A stretch of 64,000 nt of DNA. It comes from an uncultured Gemmatimonadales bacterium. Its GTDB lineage: Bacteria > Gemmatimonadota > Gemmatimonadetes > Longimicrobiales > RSA9. Made by a program: the position numbers and the translations under genes. The notes under the pieces were generated by a model that was given only the letters and a program-made list of their open reading frames with translations, had not been told where the DNA came from and ran no database searches. Shown in pieces: positions 28,846-38,037 of this stretch (its first letter is position 1; each line of letters begins with the position of its first letter). The stretch covers positions 864,001 through 928,000 of the forward strand of contig CAWAMW010000002.1 in assembly GCA_963783305.1 (NCBI GenBank). Reading direction: 5' to 3'.

Positions 28846-29229
28846 GTGACGGGCGCGCGCGAGCCGCGCGGCCGTGGCTTTCCGCGCGAGAAGAGGATCA
28901 CGCGCGGGTCCGAGATCCGGGCGCTCTTCAAACGGGGGAAACGGAGCAGAACGCCGCACCTGGACGTTCTACTCTCCGGTTCCCCCGCTTCGTTTTCGAG
29001 GGTTGGCGTGGTCGTGCCGCGGCATGGCAACAGCGCCGTGCGGAGGAACCGTGTGAAACGGCGATTGAAGGAGGCGCTCCGGCGGGAGATCCTGCCGCGC
29101 CTGGAGGCGGCGGGGGTGAACGTCGACATCATCGTTCGAGCTCGCAGGGAAGCCTACGACACATCCTACGCACGTCTGTCGAAGGAGCTCGTCCACTGGG
29201 TGGACGCCCGATGGCCCGCCTCCTCCTGA
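28846..29229 (+). CDS. rnpA: Ribonuclease P protein component
   Basis: [21 protein letters not shown] (RNR motif); synteny; GTG start inferred. Confidence 0.92.
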   Translation: MTGAREPRGRGFPREKRITRGSEIRALFKRGKRSRTPHLDVLLSGSPASFSRVGVVVPRHGNSAVRRNRVKRRLKEALRREILPRLEAAGVNVDIIVRARREAYDTSYARLSKELVHWVDARWPASS

Positions 29230-29462
29230 GCGTCATCCGGTTCTATCGACGTGCGATCTCGCCGTCGCTGCCTCCGTCGTGTCGCTTCACGCCGACATGC
29301 TCCGCGTATGCGGAAGAGGCCGTGCGGCGACACGGCGCCCGCAGCGGCGGCTGGCTCGCTCTCAGAAGGATTCTCCGCTGCCACCCCTTCGGTGGGAGCG
29401 GTTACGACCCTGTCCCCGGTACGGACTTGGAAGATTCACACGATGACACGGTGGGCCGCTGA
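29211..29462 (+). CDS. yidD: Membrane protein insertion efficiency factor
   Basis: [21 protein letters not shown]. Confidence 0.95.
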   Translation: MARLLLSVIRFYRRAISPSLPPSCRFTPTCSAYAEEAVRRHGARSGGWLALRRILRCHPFGGSGYDPVPGTDLEDSHDDTVGR

Positions 29463-31231
29463 TGGAAGGCGCTAGATTCTTAATCGCGATCGTTCTCTCG
29501 ATCGCCGTCGTCATGATCGTCAATATCGCGTTCCCTCCCACCACGCCGTCCGTCGCAGGCGGTGCGGACTCCGTCCTGATCGACACCGTCTCCGCAGTGG
29601 TCGCGGACTCAGCGCCCGCTGCCGATTCGCTCCGCCGCGAGCCGTCGGCGCTGGAGGAGCTCGCACAACGGCCGACTCAGGCGCCCGCCGCCGCGCCGGC
29701 CGCCGCTGTCGGGAGCGCACCCGACACCTTCTGGGTCCAGACCGATGTGGCCCGGTACGGCATCTCGTCCCGCGGCGCCGCCATCGTGGCCGTGGAGCTC
29801 CTCGAGTTCGAGTCGCACACAACGCCCGGACCGGTGCAGCTCGCCGAGCCGGCCGACTCGGCGATCCTCTCCTACGGGCTGCGCATCGGCGACCGCGTCC
29901 TGCCGTTCTCCGCCCTCGCCTTCCAGGCGCCGTTCGCCGCCGGCGACACCCTCCGCGTCTCCGGCCCCGACGCCGTGGTGCGGTTCGAGGCCGACGTGAA
30001 TGGCGGTCGCGTCGAGATGGCGTACACCTTCACTCCGGAGAACTACCTGCTCCAGCTCTCAGGCTCGGTCGAGGGGATCGGGGAGAACGCCACTCTGCTC
30101 CTGGACCTCGGGCCACGCCTGGCCGTCAACGAGGCCGACTCCGCCGAGGACCTCCGCGCCCTCGCGTACGTGGTCAACGCCCGCCAGCGAGGGATCGAGA
30201 GCGTCCGCATCGAGGACATCGAAGAGCGCCGGGTCGAGGAGGGGCCGCTCTCGTGGGTGGCCATCAAGAACAAGTACTTCCTCGCCGCCGCCATTGAATG
30301 GGAGGAGGGCACTGGCGCCTTCGGCGGCCTGATCGCTGAGGGCGGTTCAGGCGGCGCCAGCACCGTGATCGCGACCCTCCCGCTCGACCGGGACGGCCGG
30401 TACAACCTACGGCTTTTCTTCGGGCCGCAGGAGTATGGGCGCCTTGCGGCCGTCGGGGATGGTCTCAAGGACGTGAACCCGTACGGCTGGCGCATTTTGC
30501 GGCCGATCATCCGCCCGGTGGCCGACATCATTACCTGGATCCTGACGGCGGTCCACGGGGCGGTTGGGCTCAGCTATGGCTGGGTGTTGATGCTGTTCGG
30601 CATCGCCATGAGAGGAATCCTGTGGCCCCTGAATGCCAAGGCGATGCGGTCCCAGCTCAAGACGATGGAGCTGCAGCCGCGGATCAAGGAGATCCAGGAG
30701 AAGTACAAGGAGAAGCCCGAGCAGCTGCAGAAGGAGATGATGCGGCTGTACAAGGAGGAGGGTTTCAATCCTCTGGGGGGCTGTCTTCCGATGCTCATCC
30801 CCTGGCCGGTCCTGATCACGCTCTTCTTCGTCTTCCAGAACACCATCGAATTTCGGGGCGTCGAGTTCCTCTGGCTGCCGGACCTTTCGGGGCCGGACCC
30901 CTACTACATCCTCCCGATCGTGCTCGGGCTCTCCATGTTCGCCCTCCAGTTCCTGAACATGCGGGCGACTGGGTCGGACAACCCGCAGCAGAAGATGCTC
31001 ATGTACTTCATGCCGGTCATGATGACCGTGATCTTCCTCAACTTCGCTTCGGGCCTCAACCTGTACTACGCGGCATCCAACGTCGCGTCACTGCCGCAGC
31101 AGCTTCAGATCATAGGGGAGCGCAAGAAGGCCAAGGCACGGATCGAGGCGAAACAGGTGGACGCGGGCGACGCGACGAAGGGCTCCGAGGGCGGCAGCAA
31201 AGGTAAAGGCCGGAGGCCCGGAAAGCGCTGA
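29462..31231 (+). CDS. yidC: Membrane protein insertase YidC
   Basis: NPLGGCLP, FLWLPDLS, DPYYILP, SGLNLYY. Confidence 0.96.
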   Translation: MEGARFLIAIVLSIAVVMIVNIAFPPTTPSVAGGADSVLIDTVSAVVADSAPAADSLRREPSALEELAQRPTQAPAAAPAAAVGSAPDTFWVQTDVARYGISSRGAAIVAVELLEFESHTTPGPVQLAEPADSAILSYGLRIGDRVLPFSALAFQAPFAAGDTLRVSGPDAVVRFEADVNGGRVEMAYTFTPENYLLQLSGSVEGIGENATLLLDLGPRLAVNEADSAEDLRALAYVVNARQRGIESVRIEDIEERRVEEGPLSWVAIKNKYFLAAAIEWEEGTGAFGGLIAEGGSGGASTVIATLPLDRDGRYNLRLFFGPQEYGRLAAVGDGLKDVNPYGWRILRPIIRPVADIITWILTAVHGAVGLSYGWVLMLFGIAMRGILWPLNAKAMRSQLKTMELQPRIKEIQEKYKEKPEQLQKEMMRLYKEEGFNPLGGCLPMLIPWPVLITLFFVFQNTIEFRGVEFLWLPDLSGPDPYYILPIVLGLSMFALQFLNMRATGSDNPQQKMLMYFMPVMMTVIFLNFASGLNLYYAASNVASLPQQLQIIGERKKAKARIEAKQVDAGDATKGSEGGSKGKGRRPGKR

Positions 31232-31239
31232 GCCTCCGG

Positions 31240-31515
31240 TCACCGGATGATCTCGAACCCGGCGGGGAGCGTGTCCTCGCCGGGTTCTTCTTCTTTCACC
31301 TGCTCCACGCGGGCGGCGCCGGGGCCCGAGGCGAGCTGGTCGCGAAAGGCCTCGATCGTCTTCCGGTCTCCCTCCACGACGATCCGCACGGATCCATCCT
31401 CGGCGTTGCGGACCGTGCCGCGTAACCCGTTGGCGGCAGCGGTTTTACGAGTCCACCAACGGAACCCCACTCCCTGTACCGTGCCGGTGATCCGGTACGC
31501 CCTTCGCTCCGTCAT
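31240..31515 (-). CDS. acyP: Acylphosphatase
   Basis: GTVQGVGFR, GTVRN, FEI. Confidence 0.92.
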   Translation of the reverse strand: MTERRAYRITGTVQGVGFRWWTRKTAAANGLRGTVRNAEDGSVRIVVEGDRKTIEAFRDQLASGPGAARVEQVKEEEPGEDTLPAGFEIIR

Positions 31516-33230
31516 TCGGGTCTCCCACCCGTGGTACTCAGGGTCCGAATCCGGTTCAGGAAGGCCGCGAGCTCGAAGGGTCGGAACGCGGCCAGCTCGC
31601 CGATGCCGTACGGGTGGACCGCTGCGAGCCCCTGCCGCTCGATTTCCGCCATGACACGGTGGATCGCTTCCCCCATGTCCGAAGCCCCGTCCAACAGCTC
31701 TCCACACGCCCACGCTACCGCGTACGCCATGGCTCGGGTCTGCGCCGTCTCGACGATCTGCTCGACCGCGCCCAGCTCCACCGTAGTGGTGCCCAATTCG
31801 ACCCGGTCGCGCGCCCGCACCCGTACCGCCAGCGCCTTTCGGCCGCGCCGGGTATCGATGCTGGAGGGGTCCGGGGTGCGGCGCCGCAGGGGCCTCCAGG
31901 CGCCCCCTTCGGCCACCCGCTCGGTGGGGAGCGCGTCCGCGGCCGCCCGCGCCGCCGTGGTGACTTCCGCCGGGACGTACTCTCTCATCGCGATCACGGT
32001 GTCGGCGATGTCGAAATAGTCGCCGGACCCCCCGATCACAACGACCGTGGAGACGTTCTGGCGCTCGTGCAGCTGCCGCGCGCGGTCGATGAATGGAGTG
32101 ATCGGCTCGTCCTCCGCTTCGATGAGGCGCTGCATGCGGGCGTCGCGGATCATGAAGTTCGTCGCGGAGGTGTCCTCATCCAGCAGGAGCGCCGTGGCGC
32201 CCACCTCCAGCGCTTCCACGATCGAGGCCGCCTGGGATGTCGATCCGCTGGCGTTCTCGGTGTGGAATGCGGTGGTATCGTCGCCCCCCGGCAGGCGACC
32301 AATGAAGTTGCTGATGTCGGTTCCCGCCACCCGGCGACCGTCCTCCGCTCTGACCTTTACGGCCGTGGGGACGGCCACGACGAACTCGCGGCCGTCCCCG
32401 GGAACATGGTCATATACCCCACGCTCGATGGCACGCAGCAGCGTCGACTTGCCGTGATATCCGCCCCCGACGATCAGCGTGATTCCCTGTGGCACTCCGA
32501 GGCCCCGCACGGGCCCGGCGTTCGGCCGGTCCAGCGTCACCGTCAGCGCCTCGGGGGGGCGGAACGGGACCACACCGGCCTGGAGCGGCCGATCGTCGAT
32601 TCCGCTCCTGCGCGGCAGGCTCGCCCCGTCGGCTACGAACGCCACGAGACCCCGGTCCTCCAGTTGGTCCCGCAGGGCGTGGGCGTCCTCGACCGTCTCC
32701 ACGTGGCGGCGCAGCGCTTCCCCGTCGAGCGCCTCGTACAGGAGCGCCGATCGCACCGCCTCGACTACCGCGGTGCCCACGAGCCGGGAGGCGGCAGAGC
32801 CGGCGATTCGGCGTCCCCGCGCCGGTAGGCCCACACGGAACCGCGCCGTGACCTCCCCCCCGGCGGATATGCCGAGCGCCGAACGCTCGAGCACCTCCTG
32901 TCCCGGTCGGAGCACTCGCAGCGCCCCGGAGTTCCCGGACCCGCCGTCCGCGGAACGGCTGGCGAGGGCGTCGTAGAGGGCCCGATTCAGGAAGTCGGCG
33001 GTCGCGATCCGCCGGGTGCGCGTGGCGTGCGCCCAGCCAGGGAACCCCGCGCTTTCCGCGGGCACCCCCGCACTGACGCGGCTCGGCTCCGCGTAGGGGT
33101 CACCCTGCACGTGCTCCACCACGAGGCGGAAGCCCGGCGCGGCATATTCTCCGGAGATCCTCTTATACGCCTTGTACCCCTGCCCGTCCAACGATTCGAG
33201 CCGCTCCGCCAGGTGGCCGATGTCCTCCAT
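31512..33230 (-). CDS. Predicted ABC-class ATPase without membrane domains
   Basis: GGGYHGKSTLL, ASGSTSQA, LLDEDTSATNFMIRD; AGGAG RBS. Confidence 0.88.
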   Translation of the reverse strand: MEDIGHLAERLESLDGQGYKAYKRISGEYAAPGFRLVVEHVQGDPYAEPSRVSAGVPAESAGFPGWAHATRTRRIATADFLNRALYDALASRSADGGSGNSGALRVLRPGQEVLERSALGISAGGEVTARFRVGLPARGRRIAGSAASRLVGTAVVEAVRSALLYEALDGEALRRHVETVEDAHALRDQLEDRGLVAFVADGASLPRRSGIDDRPLQAGVVPFRPPEALTVTLDRPNAGPVRGLGVPQGITLIVGGGYHGKSTLLRAIERGVYDHVPGDGREFVVAVPTAVKVRAEDGRRVAGTDISNFIGRLPGGDDTTAFHTENASGSTSQAASIVEALEVGATALLLDEDTSATNFMIRDARMQRLIEAEDEPITPFIDRARQLHERQNVSTVVVIGGSGDYFDIADTVIAMREYVPAEVTTAARAAADALPTERVAEGGAWRPLRRRTPDPSSIDTRRGRKALAVRVRARDRVELGTTTVELGAVEQIVETAQTRAMAYAVAWACGELLDGASDMGEAIHRVMAEIERQGLAAVHPYGIGELAAFRPFELAAFLNRIRTLSTTGGRPE

Positions 33231-33238
33231 GTCGCTCC

Positions 33239-33254
33239 TGTTTCACGTGAAACA
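33239..33254. promoter_or_regulatory. parS: parS centromere site 1
   Basis: Perfect palindrome TGTTTCACGTGAAACA. Confidence 0.95.
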
Positions 33255-33560
33255 TTCTCGCCCTACCGCCTCCTTCACGGCGCTTCCGACGCCGCAAAGT
33301 GCGGACCGCCCCCTGGGCCGGGCGGCAGGCCCGGACGGTTCGGCGGAGGAAGGTCCTTGAATCCGGCGGCAATGAAGCCGCCCCCGGGCAACCCCGGGCC
33401 GAGGCAGGGAGGGCAGCCATGGAATCGAAGCCGTCCATAGCCGACCGCGGCCCGTAGCCGGCCGTGGCCAACCGCAACTGACCCCAGCCGACCCGAACCG
33501 AACCTAAGGTGACCGCACCCGACCGCGCGCCCGTCCGACCGCAGCGGCCGCACCGACCGA

Positions 33561-33720
33561 ATCGTCCGAGACCGTACGAGACCGTACGAGACCGTACGAG
33601 ACCGTACGAGACCGTACGAGACCGTACGAGACCGTCCGAGACCGTCCGAGACCGTCCGAGACCGTCCGAGACCGTCCGAGACCGTCCGAGACCGTCCGAG
33701 ACCGTCCGAGACCGTCCGAG
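33561..33720. repeat. 10-bp tandem repeat array A
   Basis: ATCGTCCGAG, then 6x ACCGTACGAG and 9x ACCGTCCGAG. Confidence 0.97.
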
Positions 33721-33780
33721 CCGCCGAAGCCGCCGGAAGCCGCCTGAAGCCGCCGGAAGCCGCCGGAAGCCGCCGGAAAC
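33721..33780. repeat. 10-bp tandem repeat array B
   Basis: About 6 units of consensus CGCCGGAAGC directly after array A. Confidence 0.9.
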
Positions 33781-33839
33781 CCTCGGAATCTGTCCGCAAA
33801 CCGCCCCAGGGCGAGCGAACCGGCCCGCCGATCGAGGAC

Positions 33840-33855
33840 TGTTTCACGTGAAACA
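33840..33855. promoter_or_regulatory. parS: parS centromere site 2
   Basis: Perfect palindrome TGTTTCACGTGAAACA, 90 bp upstream of parA. Confidence 0.95.
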
Positions 33856-33945
33856 CCTCATTCACGGCCCCCGGAGGTTTCCCGTATCCGGCGGCGGCCG
33901 TATATTCAGGCCTTCGCTGTTCCGCGCACCTGAACCCCTGTATGC

Positions 33946-34758
33946 ATGTCTCGGGTCATCGCCATCGCAAACCAGAAGGGTGGCGTCGGGAAGACGACCA
34001 CCGCCATCAACCTGGGCGCCTGTCTCGCCGTCGCCGAGAAGCGCACGCTCATCATCGATATCGACCCCCAGGGGAACGCCACGAGCGGCCTGGGGATCAA
34101 TCGGGGTGAGGTGGAGCACTCCACCTACGATATCCTGGTGGAAGGGGCGTCCGTGGAGGCGTGCGCGCGCTCGGAAGTTCACTTCCCGTACCTCGATGCT
34201 GTGCCCTCGACGCGAGATCTGGTGGGGGCGGAGGTCGAGCTCGTGAACCAGCCGGAGCGGGAGCTGGTGCTGAGGCGCGCGCTCGCGGAGGTGCGCGAGC
34301 GGTACGACTACGTGCTCATCGATTGTCCGCCTTCGCTGGGGCTCCTGACCCTGAACACCATGGCCGCCTCGGACTCGGTGCTGATCCCGATCCAGTGCGA
34401 GTTCTACGCCCTCGAGGGCCTGAGTCAGCTCCTGAACACGGTGCGGCTTGTCCAGCGTAACCTCAACCCGCACTTGGAGATAGACGGGGTCCTCCTGACC
34501 ATGTTCGACCAGCGGCTGAACCTTTCACGCCAGGTCGCGGACGAGGCCAAGGAGTACTTCGGGGACCGGGTATACCAGACCGTGATCCCGCGCAACGTGC
34601 GTCTCGCGGAGGCGCCGAGCTTCGGCAAGCCGATCGTGCTGTACGACATCCTGTCGGCGGGGGCGCAGGCCTATCTGGGGCTGGCGCGCGAGATCATGAA
34701 GCGGGACGACCGTCGAGCGGGCTCCGGCTCGTCGAAATCGGTCGTCGCCGGGTCCTGA
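33946..34758 (+). CDS. parA: Chromosome partitioning ATPase ParA/Soj
   Basis: [31 protein letters not shown]. Confidence 0.97.
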   Translation: MSRVIAIANQKGGVGKTTTAINLGACLAVAEKRTLIIDIDPQGNATSGLGINRGEVEHSTYDILVEGASVEACARSEVHFPYLDAVPSTRDLVGAEVELVNQPERELVLRRALAEVRERYDYVLIDCPPSLGLLTLNTMAASDSVLIPIQCEFYALEGLSQLLNTVRLVQRNLNPHLEIDGVLLTMFDQRLNLSRQVADEAKEYFGDRVYQTVIPRNVRLAEAPSFGKPIVLYDILSAGAQAYLGLAREIMKRDDRRAGSGSSKSVVAGS

Positions 34759-34766
34759 CGGCGCGA

Positions 34767-35663
34767 ATGGCTAAGAAGGAGCGACTCGGGAAGGGCCTAG
34801 GCGCGCTGCTGGGCGAGTACCTCGGTGACGAAGCGGTGGGAATGGAGGCCCGGACCCTTCCGGTCAGCTCCGTGCATCCCAATCCCTTCCAGCCCCGGCG
34901 AGAGTTCAGTGAAGAGGAGCTCGCGGACCTCGTGCGCTCCATCGACGAGAACGGGCTCCTCCAGCCCATTGTGGTGCGGCCCGCCGGGAACCGTCGGAGC
35001 TCGGACCGCTGGGAGCTGGTGGCGGGGGAGCGTCGCTGGCGTGCGGTCACGCGGCTGGGGTGGAAGGATATCCCGGCGGTAATCCGTGACGTCGACGATC
35101 GGACGCTGCTGGTCCTGGCCCTGGTGGAAAACCTGCAGCGGGCCGGTCTCAACGCGCTCGAAGAGGCGGAGGGCTATCAGCAGCTGCAGGACGAGTTCGG
35201 GCTGTCGCAGCAGCAGGTGGCCGAGGCGGTCGGCAAGGATCGGTCGACGGTCGCTAACATGTTGCGGCTCTTGCAGTTACCAGCATCTGTACGCCGGCTC
35301 GTTGACTCGGGCGAGCTCAGCGCCGGCCACGCACGGGCGCTTCTCGGGCTTCCCGACGAGCGGCGGATGCGCGCGGTGGCGGAGCTGGCGGTGGCCGAGG
35401 GCTGGTCGGTCCGGGAGATGGAGTCCCGGGTCCGGGACGACCGGCCGGCGAAGCGGACGCGCCGGCGGAAGTCGCGCGCGGCCGACCCGGCGCAGAAGGA
35501 GCTGGAGACGGAGCTTCAGCGGCTGCTCGGCACCGAGGTGAAGATCCGCCAGACGAAAAAGGGGTCGAAGGGGACGATCGAGATATCCTTTTATGACCCG
35601 GAAGACTTCGAGCGGGTCTTCGAGCTGCTGGCCGGCCGGCCGGCGGTGGAGGTGGTGTCGTAA
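34767..35663 (+). CDS. parB: Chromosome partitioning protein ParB/Spo0J
   Basis: LGKGLGALL, QPRREF, AGERRWRA, ENLQR, HTH. Confidence 0.97.
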   Translation: MAKKERLGKGLGALLGEYLGDEAVGMEARTLPVSSVHPNPFQPRREFSEEELADLVRSIDENGLLQPIVVRPAGNRRSSDRWELVAGERRWRAVTRLGWKDIPAVIRDVDDRTLLVLALVENLQRAGLNALEEAEGYQQLQDEFGLSQQQVAEAVGKDRSTVANMLRLLQLPASVRRLVDSGELSAGHARALLGLPDERRMRAVAELAVAEGWSVREMESRVRDDRPAKRTRRRKSRAADPAQKELETELQRLLGTEVKIRQTKKGSKGTIEISFYDPEDFERVFELLAGRPAVEVVS

Positions 35664-35666
35664 ACG

Positions 35667-36434
35667 ATGAGTGAGAAGCGGCGGCTGTCGTTCATCATTG
35701 TGCCGCATGGCGAGCTGCGGACGCGGACCTTCGAGGTATCCTACCGCGTGCTGATGGCGCTGCTCGGTGCGGGCGGCGCGCTTCTCGCCGTCTTCGTGGT
35801 CATGATGGCATCCTGGTGGTTCGTGGCCGCGCAGGCCGCGCGGGTGCCGGGGCTCGAGGAGGAGCTGGCTCGCCTCGAGGCCGAGCGAGGGCAGGTGACG
35901 AAGCTGGCGCAGGATCTCGCGGAAGCGGAGCAGCAGTACGAGCGCGTCCGCCGTCTGCTGGGGGTGGAGGGCGCCGCCGCATCGGGTGAGATAGCGCTTC
36001 CACCGCTGCGCGGAGAGGCGGCGGCGGGCGGCCCGAGCTCCGACGGCTCGGCCGTCCCCTCATCGTGGCCCCTCACCCGCGCCGGATTCATCACGCAGAT
36101 GCGGAACGTGACGGAGGGCGGGACCCATCCCGGCCTGGACATCGCGGTTCCCGCCGACACCTACATCCGGGCGAGCGGCCCCGGGATCGTGGTGGACGCG
36201 GGGGTGGACGAGATCTATGGACGTTATATTCTTCTGGACCACGGAAACGGCCTGGAGACGATGTATGGGCACGCGTCGCGGCTATTCGTCGAGGCGGGTG
36301 ACCAGGTCGAGCAGAACGAGGTGATCGCCCTGTCCGGCTCGACCGGCCGGTCGACGGCGCCTCATCTGCACTTCGAGATCCGAAAAGACGGGCAGGCGGT
36401 GGATCCGCTGACGTACGTGCGGCAGCCGTCCTGA
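35667..36434 (+). CDS. Membrane-anchored coiled-coil M23 peptidase
   Basis: TM, coiled coil, HPGLD, YGH, GSTGRSTAPHLHFE. Confidence 0.92.
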   Translation: MSEKRRLSFIIVPHGELRTRTFEVSYRVLMALLGAGGALLAVFVVMMASWWFVAAQAARVPGLEEELARLEAERGQVTKLAQDLAEAEQQYERVRRLLGVEGAAASGEIALPPLRGEAAAGGPSSDGSAVPSSWPLTRAGFITQMRNVTEGGTHPGLDIAVPADTYIRASGPGIVVDAGVDEIYGRYILLDHGNGLETMYGHASRLFVEAGDQVEQNEVIALSGSTGRSTAPHLHFEIRKDGQAVDPLTYVRQPS

Positions 36435-36460
36435 TAATCGAACGCATACGGCGGGATGGC

Positions 36461-36895
36461 ATGGCAAAAAATACGAACGACAACGCCCAGGCGGGACTCG
36501 AGGGCGTCATCTCCATCATCGGGCCCGGAATGCGGGTGGTGGGCGACTGCGAAACGGAAGGCACGCTCCGGATCGAGGGGAGCGTCGAAGGCACCGTCCG
36601 CGCGGGAAAGGCGGTCGTCGTCGGAAAGGACGGCGTGGTCAATGGGGATATCGCCACTCAGGACGCTGTCGTCGGCGGCCGGGTCACCGGCTCGATCCTC
36701 GCCGAAAGCCGGCTGGAGCTCCAGGCGACCTGCGTCGTAGAGGGCCAGGTCCAGGCCCGGAGGATCAAGCTCGACGAAGGCGGAAAAGTGAACGGCACCC
36801 TGCAGGTCGGGGACGTCTCGGCCAGCGAGATGAAGCCGCACGCCCTGCGGGGCCCGGTCGAGGTGAAGGAGCAGCAGGCAGCGAGTGAGCACTGA
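36461..36895 (+). CDS. Bactofilin (CcmA family polymer-forming cytoskeletal protein)
   Basis: SIIGPGMRVVGD...LRIEGSVEG...VNGDI beta-helix repeats. Confidence 0.92.
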   Translation: MAKNTNDNAQAGLEGVISIIGPGMRVVGDCETEGTLRIEGSVEGTVRAGKAVVVGKDGVVNGDIATQDAVVGGRVTGSILAESRLELQATCVVEGQVQARRIKLDEGGKVNGTLQVGDVSASEMKPHALRGPVEVKEQQAASEH

Positions 36896-36925
36896 GGCGG
36901 GCACACCACCTCATGGCGCCGCGCC

Positions 36926-36963
36926 GGCCCCGGTTCCCGAACGGAGCCGGGGTCGCTCCTTTT
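36926..36963 (+). terminator. Putative terminator of the par operon
   Basis: Stem GGCCCCGGTTCC/GGAGCCGGGGTC followed by a short T run. Confidence 0.55.
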
Positions 36964-36990
36964 CCGCCTCCCCGGTCCATCTTCCAAAAG

Positions 36991-37098
36991 TTCTCAACAA
37001 TTCGCGCCTATCTCATAACCCCTACGGCCACAACGTCTTACGAGATGTGTGGCTACCTTTGACATGTAAATGTGGATAAGAAGGAGGGTTTATCCACA
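36991..37098. promoter_or_regulatory. Second DnaA-box cluster
   Basis: Perfect TGTGGATAA (37071-37079) and TTATCCACA (37090-37098); degenerate TTCTCAACA (36991-36999). Confidence 0.8.
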
Positions 37099-37124
37099 CC
37101 GAACAAACCCCGAATCGGAGGCGC

Positions 37125-37886
37125 ATGGGTGTTCCACTGAGTCAGCTCGTCGAGTACCTGGACCACTTCCTCGACGTGCACCGGATACCGGATTCACCGA
37201 ATGCGTTGAACGGCCTGCAGGTTGCCTCCGATGTCGACGTCATCCGAAGGCTCGCGGTGGCGGTGGACGCGAGCGCGGCGTCGATCGAGGCGGCGGTCGC
37301 GCAGGGTGCGGATCTCCTGCTGGTCCATCACGGGCTCTTCTGGGACGGGAATCTGCCGGTGACCGGGCGCCGGTACCGCAGACTGCGCGGGCTGTTCGAG
37401 GCGGATCTGGCCCTGTACAGCGCGCACCTTCCCCTGGACGTGCATCCGGAGGTCGGCAACAACGCCGTGCTGGCGGTGGAGCTCGGTGTGGAGGTGCGCG
37501 GGACGTTTGGTGGGTACAAGGGGATCGACGTGGGCGTGCACGGCGTGCTGGACGTGAGCCGTGAGGGGCTGTGCGCGCGGCTGGACGACCTGCTGGGGGT
37601 CCGGGTACGGATGATCCCGGGCGGCCCCGACCGGATCCGGACCGTGGGTGTGCTCACGGGGGGCGGCGGGAGCTACGCCGGGGACGCGGTAGCGGCGGGG
37701 CTGGACGCGCTGGTGACGGGGGAGGGATCCCATCACACCTACTTCGATGCCACGGAGGGGGGGCTCAACCTGTTCTATGGCGGCCACTACGCCACGGAGA
37801 CGTGGGGGGTCAGGGCGCTCGGGGAGCACCTTGCGGAGCGGTTCGAGTTGGAGTGGACCTTCCTGGACCTGCCCACCGGCCTCTGA
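37125..37886 (+). CDS. Nif3-like dinuclear metal centre protein (YbgI family)
   Basis: NGLQV, VHHGLFW, HLPLD.HPEVGNN, GHYATE; GGAGG RBS. Confidence 0.93.
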   Translation: MGVPLSQLVEYLDHFLDVHRIPDSPNALNGLQVASDVDVIRRLAVAVDASAASIEAAVAQGADLLLVHHGLFWDGNLPVTGRRYRRLRGLFEADLALYSAHLPLDVHPEVGNNAVLAVELGVEVRGTFGGYKGIDVGVHGVLDVSREGLCARLDDLLGVRVRMIPGGPDRIRTVGVLTGGGGSYAGDAVAAGLDALVTGEGSHHTYFDATEGGLNLFYGGHYATETWGVRALGEHLAERFELEWTFLDLPTGL

Positions 37887-38037
37887 TCCTCTCAGGGCGC
37901 CGAGGCTCACGTACCCCCCTCATCCTCCGGGAGACAGGGGCGCGCTGAGGGGCGACGGAGGGCGGCGACTGGCGGCCCCGGCGCCATCCGCCCTATTCTG
38001 TGGCTTCCATTCCTGCAGCGAAAACTCGACAGGCTCA

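Noticed and set aside
33561..33780. CRISPR array
   Set aside because: Contiguous 10-bp units with no unique spacers and no cas genes
33275..34246. ORFs 33275-33865 (-) and 33509-34246 (+) across the repeat
   Set aside because: Open only because the repeat lacks stops; no convincing RBS; one overlaps parA out of frame
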